This document shows positions 27,893 to 36,137 of a DNA stretch of 64,000 bases, in pieces. Every line of letters begins with the position of its first letter. Positions within the stretch are counted from its first letter, which is position 1. The notes below the pieces were generated by a model. That model saw only the letters and a program-made list of their open reading frames with translations, had not been told where the DNA came from and made no database searches. This DNA is from Candidatus Gastranaerophilaceae bacterium (lineage in GTDB: Bacteria; Cyanobacteriota; Vampirovibrionia; Gastranaerophilales; Gastranaerophilaceae): contig JAZSDA010000059.1 in assembly GCA_045530955.1 (NCBI GenBank), positions 669 to 64,668 of the forward strand, written 5' to 3'. The position numbers and the translations under genes are program-made.

Positions 27893-29083
27893 ATGGTTTA
27901 TTTTGATGAAAATAGGAAACTTTTCGGGTTAAATGGGGTTTTAGGTAGAAGAGATTTTATCGTAAACTGCTTGATTATTGAGGTTATTGAAGCTGTGTTT
28001 GTTATAGCTCCGCTTCTTTATGCTTCAGTTTTTAACTCTGAATTTAGGGATATCGTACTTGGTTATTCAAAACCGTTTTGGTATATGTTGCTTCAGTGTG
28101 TAATAGGATTGGCTTCAACAGGATTATATTTCCCAAGTGTCGTTCGTCGTGTTAGAGATATTGTTGGAGAAGAAGATGATAATAGAATTTTCTTAATCGC
28201 ATCAATTATTTCTGTAATTATTTTTATGGGTTATACTCCTGTTGCAAATAGCTTTATAGGTGGTTGGATTTTATTATTCACCTTGCTATCTTTAGTATTT
28301 ATGGCAGGTAAAATCACATCAGGAAAACCAAAAAGTGAAGTTATTAAGTTCAACTGGGGTGCTTTTTTAGGTACTTGGGTTTGGGGGTTAATAAATAGAA
28401 TTCCTCAAACTTTTGTTATTTTTCCATTGATGCTTACCCCTGCGTGGATTCCATTTATGTTTATCTGTGGTATGAAAGGTAATGAATGGGCTTATGAGAA
28501 AAATAAGAAAAGATTTGAAAATGTTGATTCTTTCCACTCATTACAAAAAGCTCAGACTACAGTCTTATCAGCTATATCTCCTGTAATCGGGTTATTTACT
28601 GTTGTTACAATTTCAGCGTTGTTATTCTTCTCATTGAAATTTTATTCTGGTGCTCACCCTGAAGTGAAAGATAAAATTTTGGCTTATACTCAGGAATTAC
28701 AGATAGGATCAGCTGAAGATTGGTTTGAAGAAATTGAAGAGAAAGATGGAAGTTACTATTTCTATATGGATCCAGAAGATTGGCAAGATATTGTTAAATC
28801 TAACTTCTTTAAACAATCTGTTATGAAAAATGTTGTAATTTATGTGTTAGCTAAAAATGGTGAAATTTTATATTCATCTAAATCTATTTTGGAAAATGCA
28901 GATAAATTAAATAATGCAAAAGTTTATAGCGAATTTAATAACGAAATTCTTGCAGAAATTAAAATTGATACAGTTAAAGCAAAAGAATATTTGAAGAGTA
29001 TCGATGATAAACAAAAACAAAAGGAAATTATTGAATTTATAAAAGATAGTTATAGTTTCAATCAAAATCCTTCAACCCCATAA
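27893..29083 (+). CDS. membrane protein with DUF805-like N-terminus and large C-terminal extension
   Basis: 396 aa. GVLGRRDFIVNCL opening, about 6 TM segments, then a ~130-aa soluble tail. Start is 10 nt after the rmuC stop. Confidence 0.6.
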   Translation: MVYFDENRKLFGLNGVLGRRDFIVNCLIIEVIEAVFVIAPLLYASVFNSEFRDIVLGYSKPFWYMLLQCVIGLASTGLYFPSVVRRVRDIVGEEDDNRIFLIASIISVIIFMGYTPVANSFIGGWILLFTLLSLVFMAGKITSGKPKSEVIKFNWGAFLGTWVWGLINRIPQTFVIFPLMLTPAWIPFMFICGMKGNEWAYEKNKKRFENVDSFHSLQKAQTTVLSAISPVIGLFTVVTISALLFFSLKFYSGAHPEVKDKILAYTQELQIGSAEDWFEEIEEKDGSYYFYMDPEDWQDIVKSNFFKQSVMKNVVIYVLAKNGEILYSSKSILENADKLNNAKVYSEFNNEILAEIKIDTVKAKEYLKSIDDKQKQKEIIEFIKDSYSFNQNPSTP

Positions 29084-29084
29084 C

Positions 29085-29116
29085 AAAAAAGGCGATCTAT
29101 TGATCGCCTTTTTTTA
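29085..29116. terminator. bidirectional rho-independent terminator between convergent genes
   Basis: AGGCGATC / GATCGCCT stem with loop TATT, flanked by an A-run (left) and a T-run (right). It overlaps the last codons of the minus-strand gene. Confidence 0.6.
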
Positions 29117-29552
29117 TGATAAATTTGTCTATTATTTTACACGCATCGGCTATTAGTTCTTCACAAGGTCTTTCTTCGTAGTATTGAGATGTACGTTTGG
29201 ATGGGATTGGGTTGTCATCTGCATCAACTCCTAAAAGTTCTCTGCATATAATTGTGCCGTTTTTCTTTTTAAATTCGTTTGCTAGAGTTTGAATTCTTGT
29301 ATAGTGTTCAGCCTTGATTTCATCGTTATTGTTTTCTGTATAGCCGTTTTCTAATCCTGCAATCATAAACATTGCACTAACTGCTCCGCAAACTTCTCTC
29401 ATTCTGCCCATTCCACCACCAAAAGATGAAGATAATTTCAGGGCAGTATCTTTGTCAAATCCATATTTCTCAGCGTAAGTCAAAAATACTGATTGGGCAC
29501 AATTATAACCACTTGTAAAATGTTCTCTTGCGATTTGTTCGTTAGTTTTCAT
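29097..29552 (-). CDS. C_GCAxxG_C_C family protein
   Basis: GYNCAQSVF and GGGMGRMREVCGAVSAMFM match the family name motif. Conserved C-terminal Cys residues. Confidence 0.8.
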   Translation of the reverse strand: MKTNEQIAREHFTSGYNCAQSVFLTYAEKYGFDKDTALKLSSSFGGGMGRMREVCGAVSAMFMIAGLENGYTENNNDEIKAEHYTRIQTLANEFKKKNGTIICRELLGVDADDNPIPSKRTSQYYEERPCEELIADACKIIDKFIIKKGDQ

Positions 29553-29561
29553 TCTTACCTC

Positions 29562-30308
29562 TTATACAAATAATTCATATAAAATTACAGAAACAGATGT
29601 TGCTAAATTCAAGGATTCAACAGTTTGTGCCATTTCTATTTTTACAGATGTCGTTGAAAATTTTATCAAATCTTCTGATAATCCGTAAGCTTCAGAACCA
29701 AACATTACAAGGCAAGGTTGCTTCGCTTCAAATGTTTTTAGTAAATTATTTGTTCTTGGTAGTGTTGCTATTCTTTCAAAATCTTTGAAATTTTCTTCCA
29801 ATTCTTCGATTTTTGTCAAATGGATAATTGGTAATTTCCAAAGATTTCCAACTGAAGCCCTAACACATTTTGGGTTGTAAATATCAACGCTTTCGCCATA
29901 TAAAACAATTGCATCAGCCCCAAATGCAACAGCTGAACGAATAATTGTACCAAGGTTTCCAAGGTCTTTAATATCTTCTAAAAGAACTACTTTTTTTGTA
30001 TTTTTTAGCAAGTTTTTATCGTAGTTTTTTTGAAAACCAATTGCAATTGCTTCTGGTGCAGATTCGGTTGTTGTAAGTTTTTTTAATACAGGTTCAGTTG
30101 TTTCTATGATTAAATCTTTTGCAAATTCATATTCTTTCAAGTGGCTTTTTTCAACAAATATTTTGTCTAATTTTATTCCGCAGTCGAAGGCTTCTTTAAT
30201 AGCTTTGAAACCCTCAAGTAAGAATTTACCGCTTTGTGTACGGTATTTTTTTTGTTGAAGTTTTGCACTTTCTTTTACAAGTTCATTATTTACGCTTGTG
30301 ATTTCCAT
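29562..30308 (-). CDS. TrmH/SpoU-family RNA 2'-O-methyltransferase
   Basis: 248 aa. SpoU motifs DPGNLG-like (IKDLGNLGTIIRSAVAFG), FGSEAYGLS and SLNLATSVSVILYE. Confidence 0.82.
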   Translation of the reverse strand: MEITSVNNELVKESAKLQQKKYRTQSGKFLLEGFKAIKEAFDCGIKLDKIFVEKSHLKEYEFAKDLIIETTEPVLKKLTTTESAPEAIAIGFQKNYDKNLLKNTKKVVLLEDIKDLGNLGTIIRSAVAFGADAIVLYGESVDIYNPKCVRASVGNLWKLPIIHLTKIEELEENFKDFERIATLPRTNNLLKTFEAKQPCLVMFGSEAYGLSEDLIKFSTTSVKIEMAQTVESLNLATSVSVILYELFV

Positions 30309-31864
30309 TATCTAACCTCGAATTCTTGAAGCCATTGTTTTTCTTGTTCATCTAACATATCAAAATTGATAAGTTTTTGTTCGTAATTCATATGAACAAA
30401 AGAATGAATTTGATTATCTTTATAGTAGCATGAATTTTCTAAGCGAACTCCAAAATAACCCTCTTTGTACAGCCCAGGTTCAATTGAAAAACACATTCCA
30501 TCTTTGAATGGAGTTTTTGCAATCTCTGATGGGCTCAAGTTTGGGGGGTATTCGTGAACGTTAATACCAATACCGTGTCCTAAACCGTGATTAAATACAA
30601 AGCCGTCTAAATCCTGAGTAGAGAAAAATTCTCTTACTGATTTGTCGATTTCAAATCCATTTAGAGGGTTAAATGTTTTGTAAGCTCTTAAAAAGGCTTT
30701 TAATACTAGTGTATAAATCTTTTTGTGAAGTTCAGAGGGTTGGCCTTTAACAAAAACTCTTGTGATATCTGTTGCTAAACCGCCTTCAAAATATCCGCCA
30801 CAGTCGATTAAAACAAGACTTCCATCAGTTATGATTTCATCTTTTGAAGATTTTGAATAATGTGCAAGTGCAGAATTTTTATCTTTTGCAACAATAGAAC
30901 TAAAACTTAACCCTAAAGCTCCTTGGTTTCTGAATTCTTTTGCTAGTTGTACTGCAATATCAAATTCTGAAATGTTGTTGTTATTTTCAATGAAATCGCG
31001 AATTGCACGTACTGCGTTGTCTGTTCTATTGAAAGCATCTTTTAAATGTTCTAGTTCAGTATCATTTTTTTGAGCTTTCATTAGTTGAACAGGATTTTCT
31101 CTTAATTCAATTGCTTTTTCCCCTAAAATATTGTAATCAAAAGCATTGATTGTGTTTTTATCAACATAAACTTCTTTGTCTAAAGATTTTAAAAAGTCTT
31201 CCAAACTTTGTAATTTATCTTGAGTAAATAAAACCGCATTGTCTTTAAATATTATTGCTTTTGCTTTAATTTTTGCTGAATAAATTTGTGAAAAATTACG
31301 CATATTAAATAGGTATGAAACCTCATCTAAATCAGTAATATACAAGGCTTCGTTAGGTGATAAATTTTGCGAAATTTTTGTAATTTTTTCTTCGCTAGAT
31401 TTACCAGTTAATTCTTGAGGTAATGCGATATTTTCTGAAATTTTTGAATTTTGATTATTATCAAGAGGGTCAAAATCCAGAAGCTTAATTTGTCTTTTTT
31501 CTTTTAGATTTTCGTATTTTTTCTGAGAGTTTTTCTTTGAAAAGATTCCTAAAACTTCGTGTTCTGGAATTCTTGAAATAAGCTCATCAAGATATTTTTG
31601 CCCTTGTTGAAGTTTTACTACAGTAACAATTTCATGATTAACTTCTTGGTCTGCTTGAATATGGTATCTGCCATCAACAAAAAGATAAATCTTATCAGGT
31701 GTAACAAGAGCTTCCCCTGTTGAGCCTGAAAATTTTGTCAATTTGTAGCGGGAGTTTTCTTCTAAAGTGTTGTACTCTACCAAAAACTCATTTGTAGCGT
31801 TTACCAATAGGTAACTCAACCCTTGGTTAACCATGAAATTTCTAATTACTGTAATGTTTTCCAT
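30308..31864 (-). CDS. pepP: Xaa-Pro aminopeptidase (M24B family, creatinase-like N-domains)
   Basis: M24 metal-ligand context: LIDCGGYFEGGLATDITR, HGLGHGIGINVHE, FSIEPG, VRLEN. ATG 31864 chosen; the track start 31909 would overlap the upstream parvulin gene. Confidence 0.85.
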   Translation of the reverse strand: MENITVIRNFMVNQGLSYLLVNATNEFLVEYNTLEENSRYKLTKFSGSTGEALVTPDKIYLFVDGRYHIQADQEVNHEIVTVVKLQQGQKYLDELISRIPEHEVLGIFSKKNSQKKYENLKEKRQIKLLDFDPLDNNQNSKISENIALPQELTGKSSEEKITKISQNLSPNEALYITDLDEVSYLFNMRNFSQIYSAKIKAKAIIFKDNAVLFTQDKLQSLEDFLKSLDKEVYVDKNTINAFDYNILGEKAIELRENPVQLMKAQKNDTELEHLKDAFNRTDNAVRAIRDFIENNNNISEFDIAVQLAKEFRNQGALGLSFSSIVAKDKNSALAHYSKSSKDEIITDGSLVLIDCGGYFEGGLATDITRVFVKGQPSELHKKIYTLVLKAFLRAYKTFNPLNGFEIDKSVREFFSTQDLDGFVFNHGLGHGIGINVHEYPPNLSPSEIAKTPFKDGMCFSIEPGLYKEGYFGVRLENSCYYKDNQIHSFVHMNYEQKLINFDMLDEQEKQWLQEFEVR

Positions 31865-31875
31865 AAAATTTTCGC

Positions 31876-32157
31876 TTAGTTTTTGCCTGTTAATTGGATT
31901 AAGTGCCATCCGAATTGAGTTTGAACTGGTTGAGAAATTTCACCAACTTCAAGATCAAAAGCTGCATCTTCAAAAGGTTTAACCATCATACCTTTACCGA
32001 AGAAACCTAAATCTCCACCGTTTCTGCCTGATGGACACATAGAATTTTCTGCTGCTAAATCAGCGAATGATGCACCATTTTTAATTTCATTGTATAAATC
32101 CAAAGCTTCTTGTTCAGTTTTAACAAGGATGTGGCTTGCTCTTACTTCAGTTGTCAT
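31876..32157 (-). CDS. ppiC: parvulin-type peptidyl-prolyl cis-trans isomerase (PpiC)
   Basis: 93 aa: ASHILV, GGDLGFFGKGMMVKPFEDAAF, QTQFGWHLI. ATG 32157 has SD TAGGAG about 8 nt upstream; the track extension to 32217 is unsupported. Confidence 0.86.
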   Translation of the reverse strand: MTTEVRASHILVKTEQEALDLYNEIKNGASFADLAAENSMCPSGRNGGDLGFFGKGMMVKPFEDAAFDLEVGEISQPVQTQFGWHLIQLTGKN

Positions 32158-32479
32158 AATTTTAACTCCTATCTTTTCTACAGGAGCGATTATAAAATAA
32201 AAAGGTTTGTCTTGCAATACTACTACAACACAAACCAGAAGTTATAAAACATGAAAAATTTTCTGAAAGTGGTGTAAGTTCAAAGTGTTTTAAACCAAAC
32301 CGCTAAAAGAAAAATCTTGTCGCAACCCCGAAAAAGTGCTTGGACATTCTGAACTTACATTAATATAATAATCTGTCATGTTATATTCTTGCACCATTCG
32401 TCAGAATAAATTTTTTAAATTTTTGATGAGTAAATTTTACTAGTTAAAAAGAATTACCTATTAGAGTTAGATTTTTGTC

Positions 32480-32508
32480 TTGATTTTCTAAAATGTTTAT
32501 TGTAATAT
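32480..32508 (+). promoter_or_regulatory. candidate sigma-70 promoter for tRNA-Gly
   Basis: TTGATT (32480-32485), 17-nt spacer, TAATAT (32503-32508), about 25 nt upstream of the mature tRNA 5' end. Confidence 0.35.
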
Positions 32509-32533
32509 TTTCTTGTACAAATTAAATATTTGT

Positions 32534-32609
32534 GCGGAAGTAGCTCAGTTGGTAGAGTATCTGCCTTCCAAGCAGACTGTCGCGAGTTCGAGTCTCGTCT
32601 TCCGCTCCA
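32534..32609 (+). tRNA. tRNA-Gly (anticodon UCC), CCA encoded
   Basis: Manual cloverleaf. Acceptor GCGGAAG/CTTCCGC, D arm GCTC-AGTTGGTA-GAGT, anticodon arm TCTGC-CTTCCAA-GCAGA. Variable loop CTGTC, T arm GCGAG-TTCGAGT-CTCGT, discriminator T, CCA. Confidence 0.95.
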
Positions 32610-32613
32610 TAAA

Positions 32614-32646
32614 AAAGCCTTAGAACAAAAGTTCAAGGCTTTTTTA
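32614..32646 (+). terminator. rho-independent terminator after tRNA-Gly
   Basis: AGCCTT(A)GAAC / GTTCAAGGCT stem with loop AAAA, followed by TTTTT. Confidence 0.6.
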
Positions 32647-32805
32647 TTATGAACAGAAGACAGCCTCTTACTCGATGTTGTTGTTCGTGTTGCTCACAAC
32701 AACAAGAGTTCAACCGAATAAATTCGGTATCCGTCGCAGTAAGACTCGTGTTGCTCGTCAACTGCGACTGGAGAGTCTCGTTTAAATTTACCCCCGCTCC
32801 ATAAA
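32647..32805 (+). ncRNA. candidate structured RNA / tRNA-3'-end-derived element (no ORF)
   Basis: Three hairpins (32676-32704, 32713-32728, 32733-32768). The first and third show the identical 11-nt loop TCGTGTTGCTC. The unit ends in a degenerate copy of the tRNA T-loop-to-CCA segment. Strand is inferred from the downstream terminator. Confidence 0.3.
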
Positions 32806-32837
32806 AAAGCCTTAGATTTTACTCTAAGGCTTTTTTA
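32806..32837 (+). terminator. second rho-independent terminator (paralogous to 32614-32646)
   Basis: AGCCTTAGA / TCTAAGGCT stem with loop TTTTAC, followed by TTTTTT. The 5' arm is identical to that of the tRNA terminator and the 3' arm differs in a compensatory way. Confidence 0.55.
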
Positions 32838-32852
32838 ATATTGATTTGTTGA

Positions 32853-34139
32853 TTAGAAAATGTCGTTTCGGATTACTGGCTGACTTTCTTTGTTTGCGCA
32901 AAGTACAACAAGTAAATTGTTTACCATATTTGCTTTTGTTTTTTCATCAAGAACTATGTCTTTGTTTTGCTCAAGTTTATTAAGAGCAAGTTCAACCATT
33001 CCAACTGCACCATCAACAATTGAACGTTTTGCATCGATTACAGCTGATGCTTGTTGACGTTGTAACATCGCAACTGCAATTTCTGGTGCGTAAGCTAAGT
33101 GTGTAATTCTTGCATCAACAACATTGATACCAGCTTCTGTTACGTTACGTTGAATTTCTTTTTTTAATTTTTCTGAAATTTCCATACTGTCACCACGAAG
33201 TGATTGTTTGTGAGAATCTTCAGGAGTGTCGTATGGGTACATTCTTACAATATTTCTTAGTGCACAATCGCTTTGTGCTGCTAAGAATTGAGGATAATTA
33301 TCTACGTTAAATACAGCTTTAGCAGTGTCTTGAACTTCCCAAACTACAATAATACCAACTTCAATTGGGTTACCTAATTCATCGTTGATTTTTTGTTTTC
33401 CGTTTTCTAAAGTTCTTGCTTTAAGAGAAATTGGAGTGACAGTTTTGCTTCTTGCAAATGGGTTTACCCAGTGAAATCCTGCTCCTCGTAATGTCCCAAC
33501 GTACTTACCAAATACGGTTAATACAAGAGCTTCTTGTGGGTTTAGAATTCTAAAGCCTCCAGTTATAAACATAAATATTGCACCTAAAATAATTCCTATT
33601 GGAATTAAGAAAGGAATGAAAAAGCATACCAAAATTGGTAAAACGAATATCGCCATTAAGCTGATTACAACCCAACCACTTGTTGAAACTGCTGAAAATT
33701 CTTTTTCTTGACTTTGTAATTGGATTGGCTTTGTCTCAAATTCGTCATTGTGTTTTTTTGCGTTGCAATAATTTTTTAAAAACACAGCGTTGTTCATAAG
33801 AGCGATAGGAGGTTTTGTGTAGTTTGCAAAGAATTTTGAAAGTTCACCATTATCAAAACCTAAAACTCTACATTCATCGCATCTGTCAATTAAAACGCCG
33901 TTTTGATATGTTTTTGTCATATCTTTGCCACAGTATGGACATTTGCGTAGTGGTTCGTTCACAGAAACTGGTTGAAGTTCAAAAGGGTTTTTTACTTCAT
34001 TTTCAACTTCAAGTCTTTTACATATTTCCCAAAATTCTGCTTCTTTTAGACAAACTGTGTTACAAGTTTTGCATAGCAATAAATCTAAACCTTGAAAACT
34101 TGCACTAATTACTTCTTTTTGACATCTTATACAATTCAT
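32853..34139 (-). CDS. SPFH/band-7 domain protein with N-terminal double zinc-ribbon and TM anchor
   Basis: CIRCQ..CKTC and CPYCGK..CDEC pairs. TM region WVVISLMAIFVLPILVCFFIPFLIPIGIILGAIFMFI. SPFH core (ALRNIVRMY.., INVVDARITHLAYAPEIAVAMLQRQQASAVIDAK). Confidence 0.8.
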   Translation of the reverse strand: MNCIRCQKEVISASFQGLDLLLCKTCNTVCLKEAEFWEICKRLEVENEVKNPFELQPVSVNEPLRKCPYCGKDMTKTYQNGVLIDRCDECRVLGFDNGELSKFFANYTKPPIALMNNAVFLKNYCNAKKHNDEFETKPIQLQSQEKEFSAVSTSGWVVISLMAIFVLPILVCFFIPFLIPIGIILGAIFMFITGGFRILNPQEALVLTVFGKYVGTLRGAGFHWVNPFARSKTVTPISLKARTLENGKQKINDELGNPIEVGIIVVWEVQDTAKAVFNVDNYPQFLAAQSDCALRNIVRMYPYDTPEDSHKQSLRGDSMEISEKLKKEIQRNVTEAGINVVDARITHLAYAPEIAVAMLQRQQASAVIDAKRSIVDGAVGMVELALNKLEQNKDIVLDEKTKANMVNNLLVVLCANKESQPVIRNDIF

Positions 34140-34211
34140 AAATAACTCCCTTCTCTAATTTTATTTTAGGGAATTGAATAAAAATAGTCAATTTTATTGC
34201 TATTAGTGAAG

Positions 34212-34484
34212 TTATTTTGTGAATTTATCTAATAGATTTTCAATCCAAGAAGGTTTTACACCCATTGCTTGTTCAAATTCTTTTTCGTTTGGAAGTTTTG
34301 ATGCCATTTGGAATGTATCTAATTCTTTTTCTTCATCAAAAACACTGCTGAATGGGTTGAAATCTTTTTTCTTTCTTCCCCTCATCATATAACCAGTATT
34401 ACCACCGCTACCGCCATCGTTGTTCATATTAGCGGCTGCCTTAATCATAGGTTGTGATCTTCCAACGTTTACATCGAAACTCAT
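34212..34484 (-). CDS. hypothetical small protein (90 aa, Gly/Asn-rich centre)
   Basis: ORF only; no family recognised. Same strand as, and 72 nt upstream of, the SPFH gene. Confidence 0.4.
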   Translation of the reverse strand: MSFDVNVGRSQPMIKAAANMNNDGGSGGNTGYMMRGRKKKDFNPFSSVFDEEKELDTFQMASKLPNEKEFEQAMGVKPSWIENLLDKFTK

Positions 34485-34713
34485 TGTTCCAATTCCTTAT
34501 GGTTTTTCCCTTATATATATAAACGCAATTTTTTATGTCTTTTTGTTACAAGGATAGTAAAAATGTTACATTTTTTAATATAAGTTTACCTAAGAAAGTG
34601 CGTATTTACTACACTTTTGAGGATTATTACTTTTTGTTACGAAAAATAAATGTATTGAAATTATATAAATAAATATACGTTAATATATATAAGAGAGAAT
34701 TTAAGGACTAACT

Positions 34714-35622
34714 ATGTCAATTGTAATTAACACAGATTTAGAATACTTAAAGAGCAAGTTGAACATACCTGAAGCACGTATGGCAACTTACCAAGCTAAA
34801 ACTGTGGATGAAATCCTAAAAGCTGAAGCTGCTGCGGGTAACCAAGAGGCAATTAAATTGGCTGCGGATATGTTTACTAATGTTAGTCAATTGATTGAAC
34901 TTTTCCAATTAGCAGATCCACAAAATAAACTTGTTATTATGCAGCAAATGAATTCTTCTCAATTAGAAAAGTTAGTTCCAATGCTTGAACAAGATGATTT
35001 GTTACAAGGGTTGCATTATTTTACCCAAGATAATTTGTTAGATTTATTGAAAGAAATTCCTAAAGAAGAATTATTAAAAACTGTGTTTGAATTATTCTCT
35101 CAAACTCAGATTATTGAATATTTACCGGAAAAAGAGTTAGACGGACTTTTGACAAATATTGATTTGGATAAAGGTTTGTTATTACAAAACTTGAAATTTA
35201 TCCCTGATATGTATTTGCAACAAATCTTGGAAAGCGTTACAGGTGAAGAGGCTCAAGGTTCATCATCTGAATTGATTTTGCAAATTAGTCAGTTAGGTGA
35301 TCAAGATTATAAAAATGCTCTGATGAATTTTCAGCCAGCTCAAAAGAAAGATTTAACATATGCTCTTGTTAATCAGGAAAATAAACTTTTTGAAAAGTTT
35401 AGTACAGATTCTTATACTTATATGATTAACAGAGAACGTGATAAGAATGAATTGATTAAGGCGATGCATGTAATTAAGCCTGAACATTTACATAATATGA
35501 TAAATGAATTACCGCAAGATTTGTTGTCAGTTGTTACAACTCAAATTGATACTGAAAAATTTGCGGATGCTTTAATTCATCAATTCCCTGAATTGTTGGC
35601 ACAATTTGTTGCAGGGGGGTAA
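34714..35622 (+). CDS. hypothetical helical-repeat protein (302 aa, acidic, Leu/Gln-rich)
   Basis: Clean ORF with SD-like AAGGA upstream. Repeated L-x-x-L helical motifs are loosely reminiscent of MgtE-N/FliG-type repeats, but no confident family. Confidence 0.55.
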   Translation: MSIVINTDLEYLKSKLNIPEARMATYQAKTVDEILKAEAAAGNQEAIKLAADMFTNVSQLIELFQLADPQNKLVIMQQMNSSQLEKLVPMLEQDDLLQGLHYFTQDNLLDLLKEIPKEELLKTVFELFSQTQIIEYLPEKELDGLLTNIDLDKGLLLQNLKFIPDMYLQQILESVTGEEAQGSSSELILQISQLGDQDYKNALMNFQPAQKKDLTYALVNQENKLFEKFSTDSYTYMINRERDKNELIKAMHVIKPEHLHNMINELPQDLLSVVTTQIDTEKFADALIHQFPELLAQFVAGG

Positions 35623-35646
35623 ATGTTAATTTGCCACTGTTAAATT

Positions 35647-36135
35647 CTAGCAAATGCGATTGTCCTCAAGTAGGGAAATCGCAAGTTTTAGTGCGTGGTT
35701 TGCAAATTCTTCTTTCATTTGAACCCTTGGTAAATTAGGTTTTAATCGGATTTCTTTTACTGTTGTAATTCCATTATATTTTGCGGAAATATAAACAAGT
35801 CCGACAGGTTTGTCTGCCGTGCCTCCTGTTGGACCGGCAATTCCTGTTGTACAAAGTGCAATATCACAATTAGTTTTTGCTTGAAGTCCGTCTGCCATGC
35901 TTTGAGCACATTGTTCGCTTACTGCACCATAGGTGTTTAAAATATCCCAACTAACGCCCAAAATTTCATTTTTAGCTTCGTTAGCGTAAGTTACAAAATT
36001 TAGTTTGATATACTCAGAGCTTCCTGAAATATCTGTCAGTTTTGAACTCAAAAGACCACCAGTGCAAGATTCTGCAGTTGCGATTGTTAAATGTTTTTCT
36101 ATTAAAAGTTTTCCTAAAATTTCTTCTGGTTTCAT
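35647..36135 (-). CDS. pncC: nicotinamide-nucleotide amidohydrolase, CinA C-terminal domain family (PncC)
   Basis: TIATAESCTGGLLSSKLT, TYANEAK, GIAGPTGG motifs. ATG 36135 lies 2 nt after the radA stop. Confidence 0.85.
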   Translation of the reverse strand: MKPEEILGKLLIEKHLTIATAESCTGGLLSSKLTDISGSSEYIKLNFVTYANEAKNEILGVSWDILNTYGAVSEQCAQSMADGLQAKTNCDIALCTTGIAGPTGGTADKPVGLVYISAKYNGITTVKEIRLKPNLPRVQMKEEFANHALKLAISLLEDNRIC

Positions 36136-36137
36136 TT

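Noticed and set aside
26648-29083. rmuC plus adjacent membrane protein as a possible defence locus
   Set aside because: RmuC is a common housekeeping recombination gene. The neighbour is a DUF805-type membrane protein. No nuclease, ATPase, methylase or other defence hallmarks are nearby.
32454-32636. 60-aa minus-strand ORF in the track
   Set aside because: It lies antisense across the whole tRNA-Gly gene and its promoter. The peptide (..WSGRRDSNSRQSAWKADTLPTELLPH..) is the usual translation artefact of a tRNA sequence.
32647-32805. tmRNA, tRNA pseudogene or intron-containing tRNA interpretation of the element after tRNA-Gly
   Set aside because: No 5' acceptor strand (GCGGGGG or a wobble variant) exists to pair with the CCCCCGC 3' strand. 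There is no D or anticodon arm, no resume codon or tag reading frame, and the length is far short of a tmRNA.
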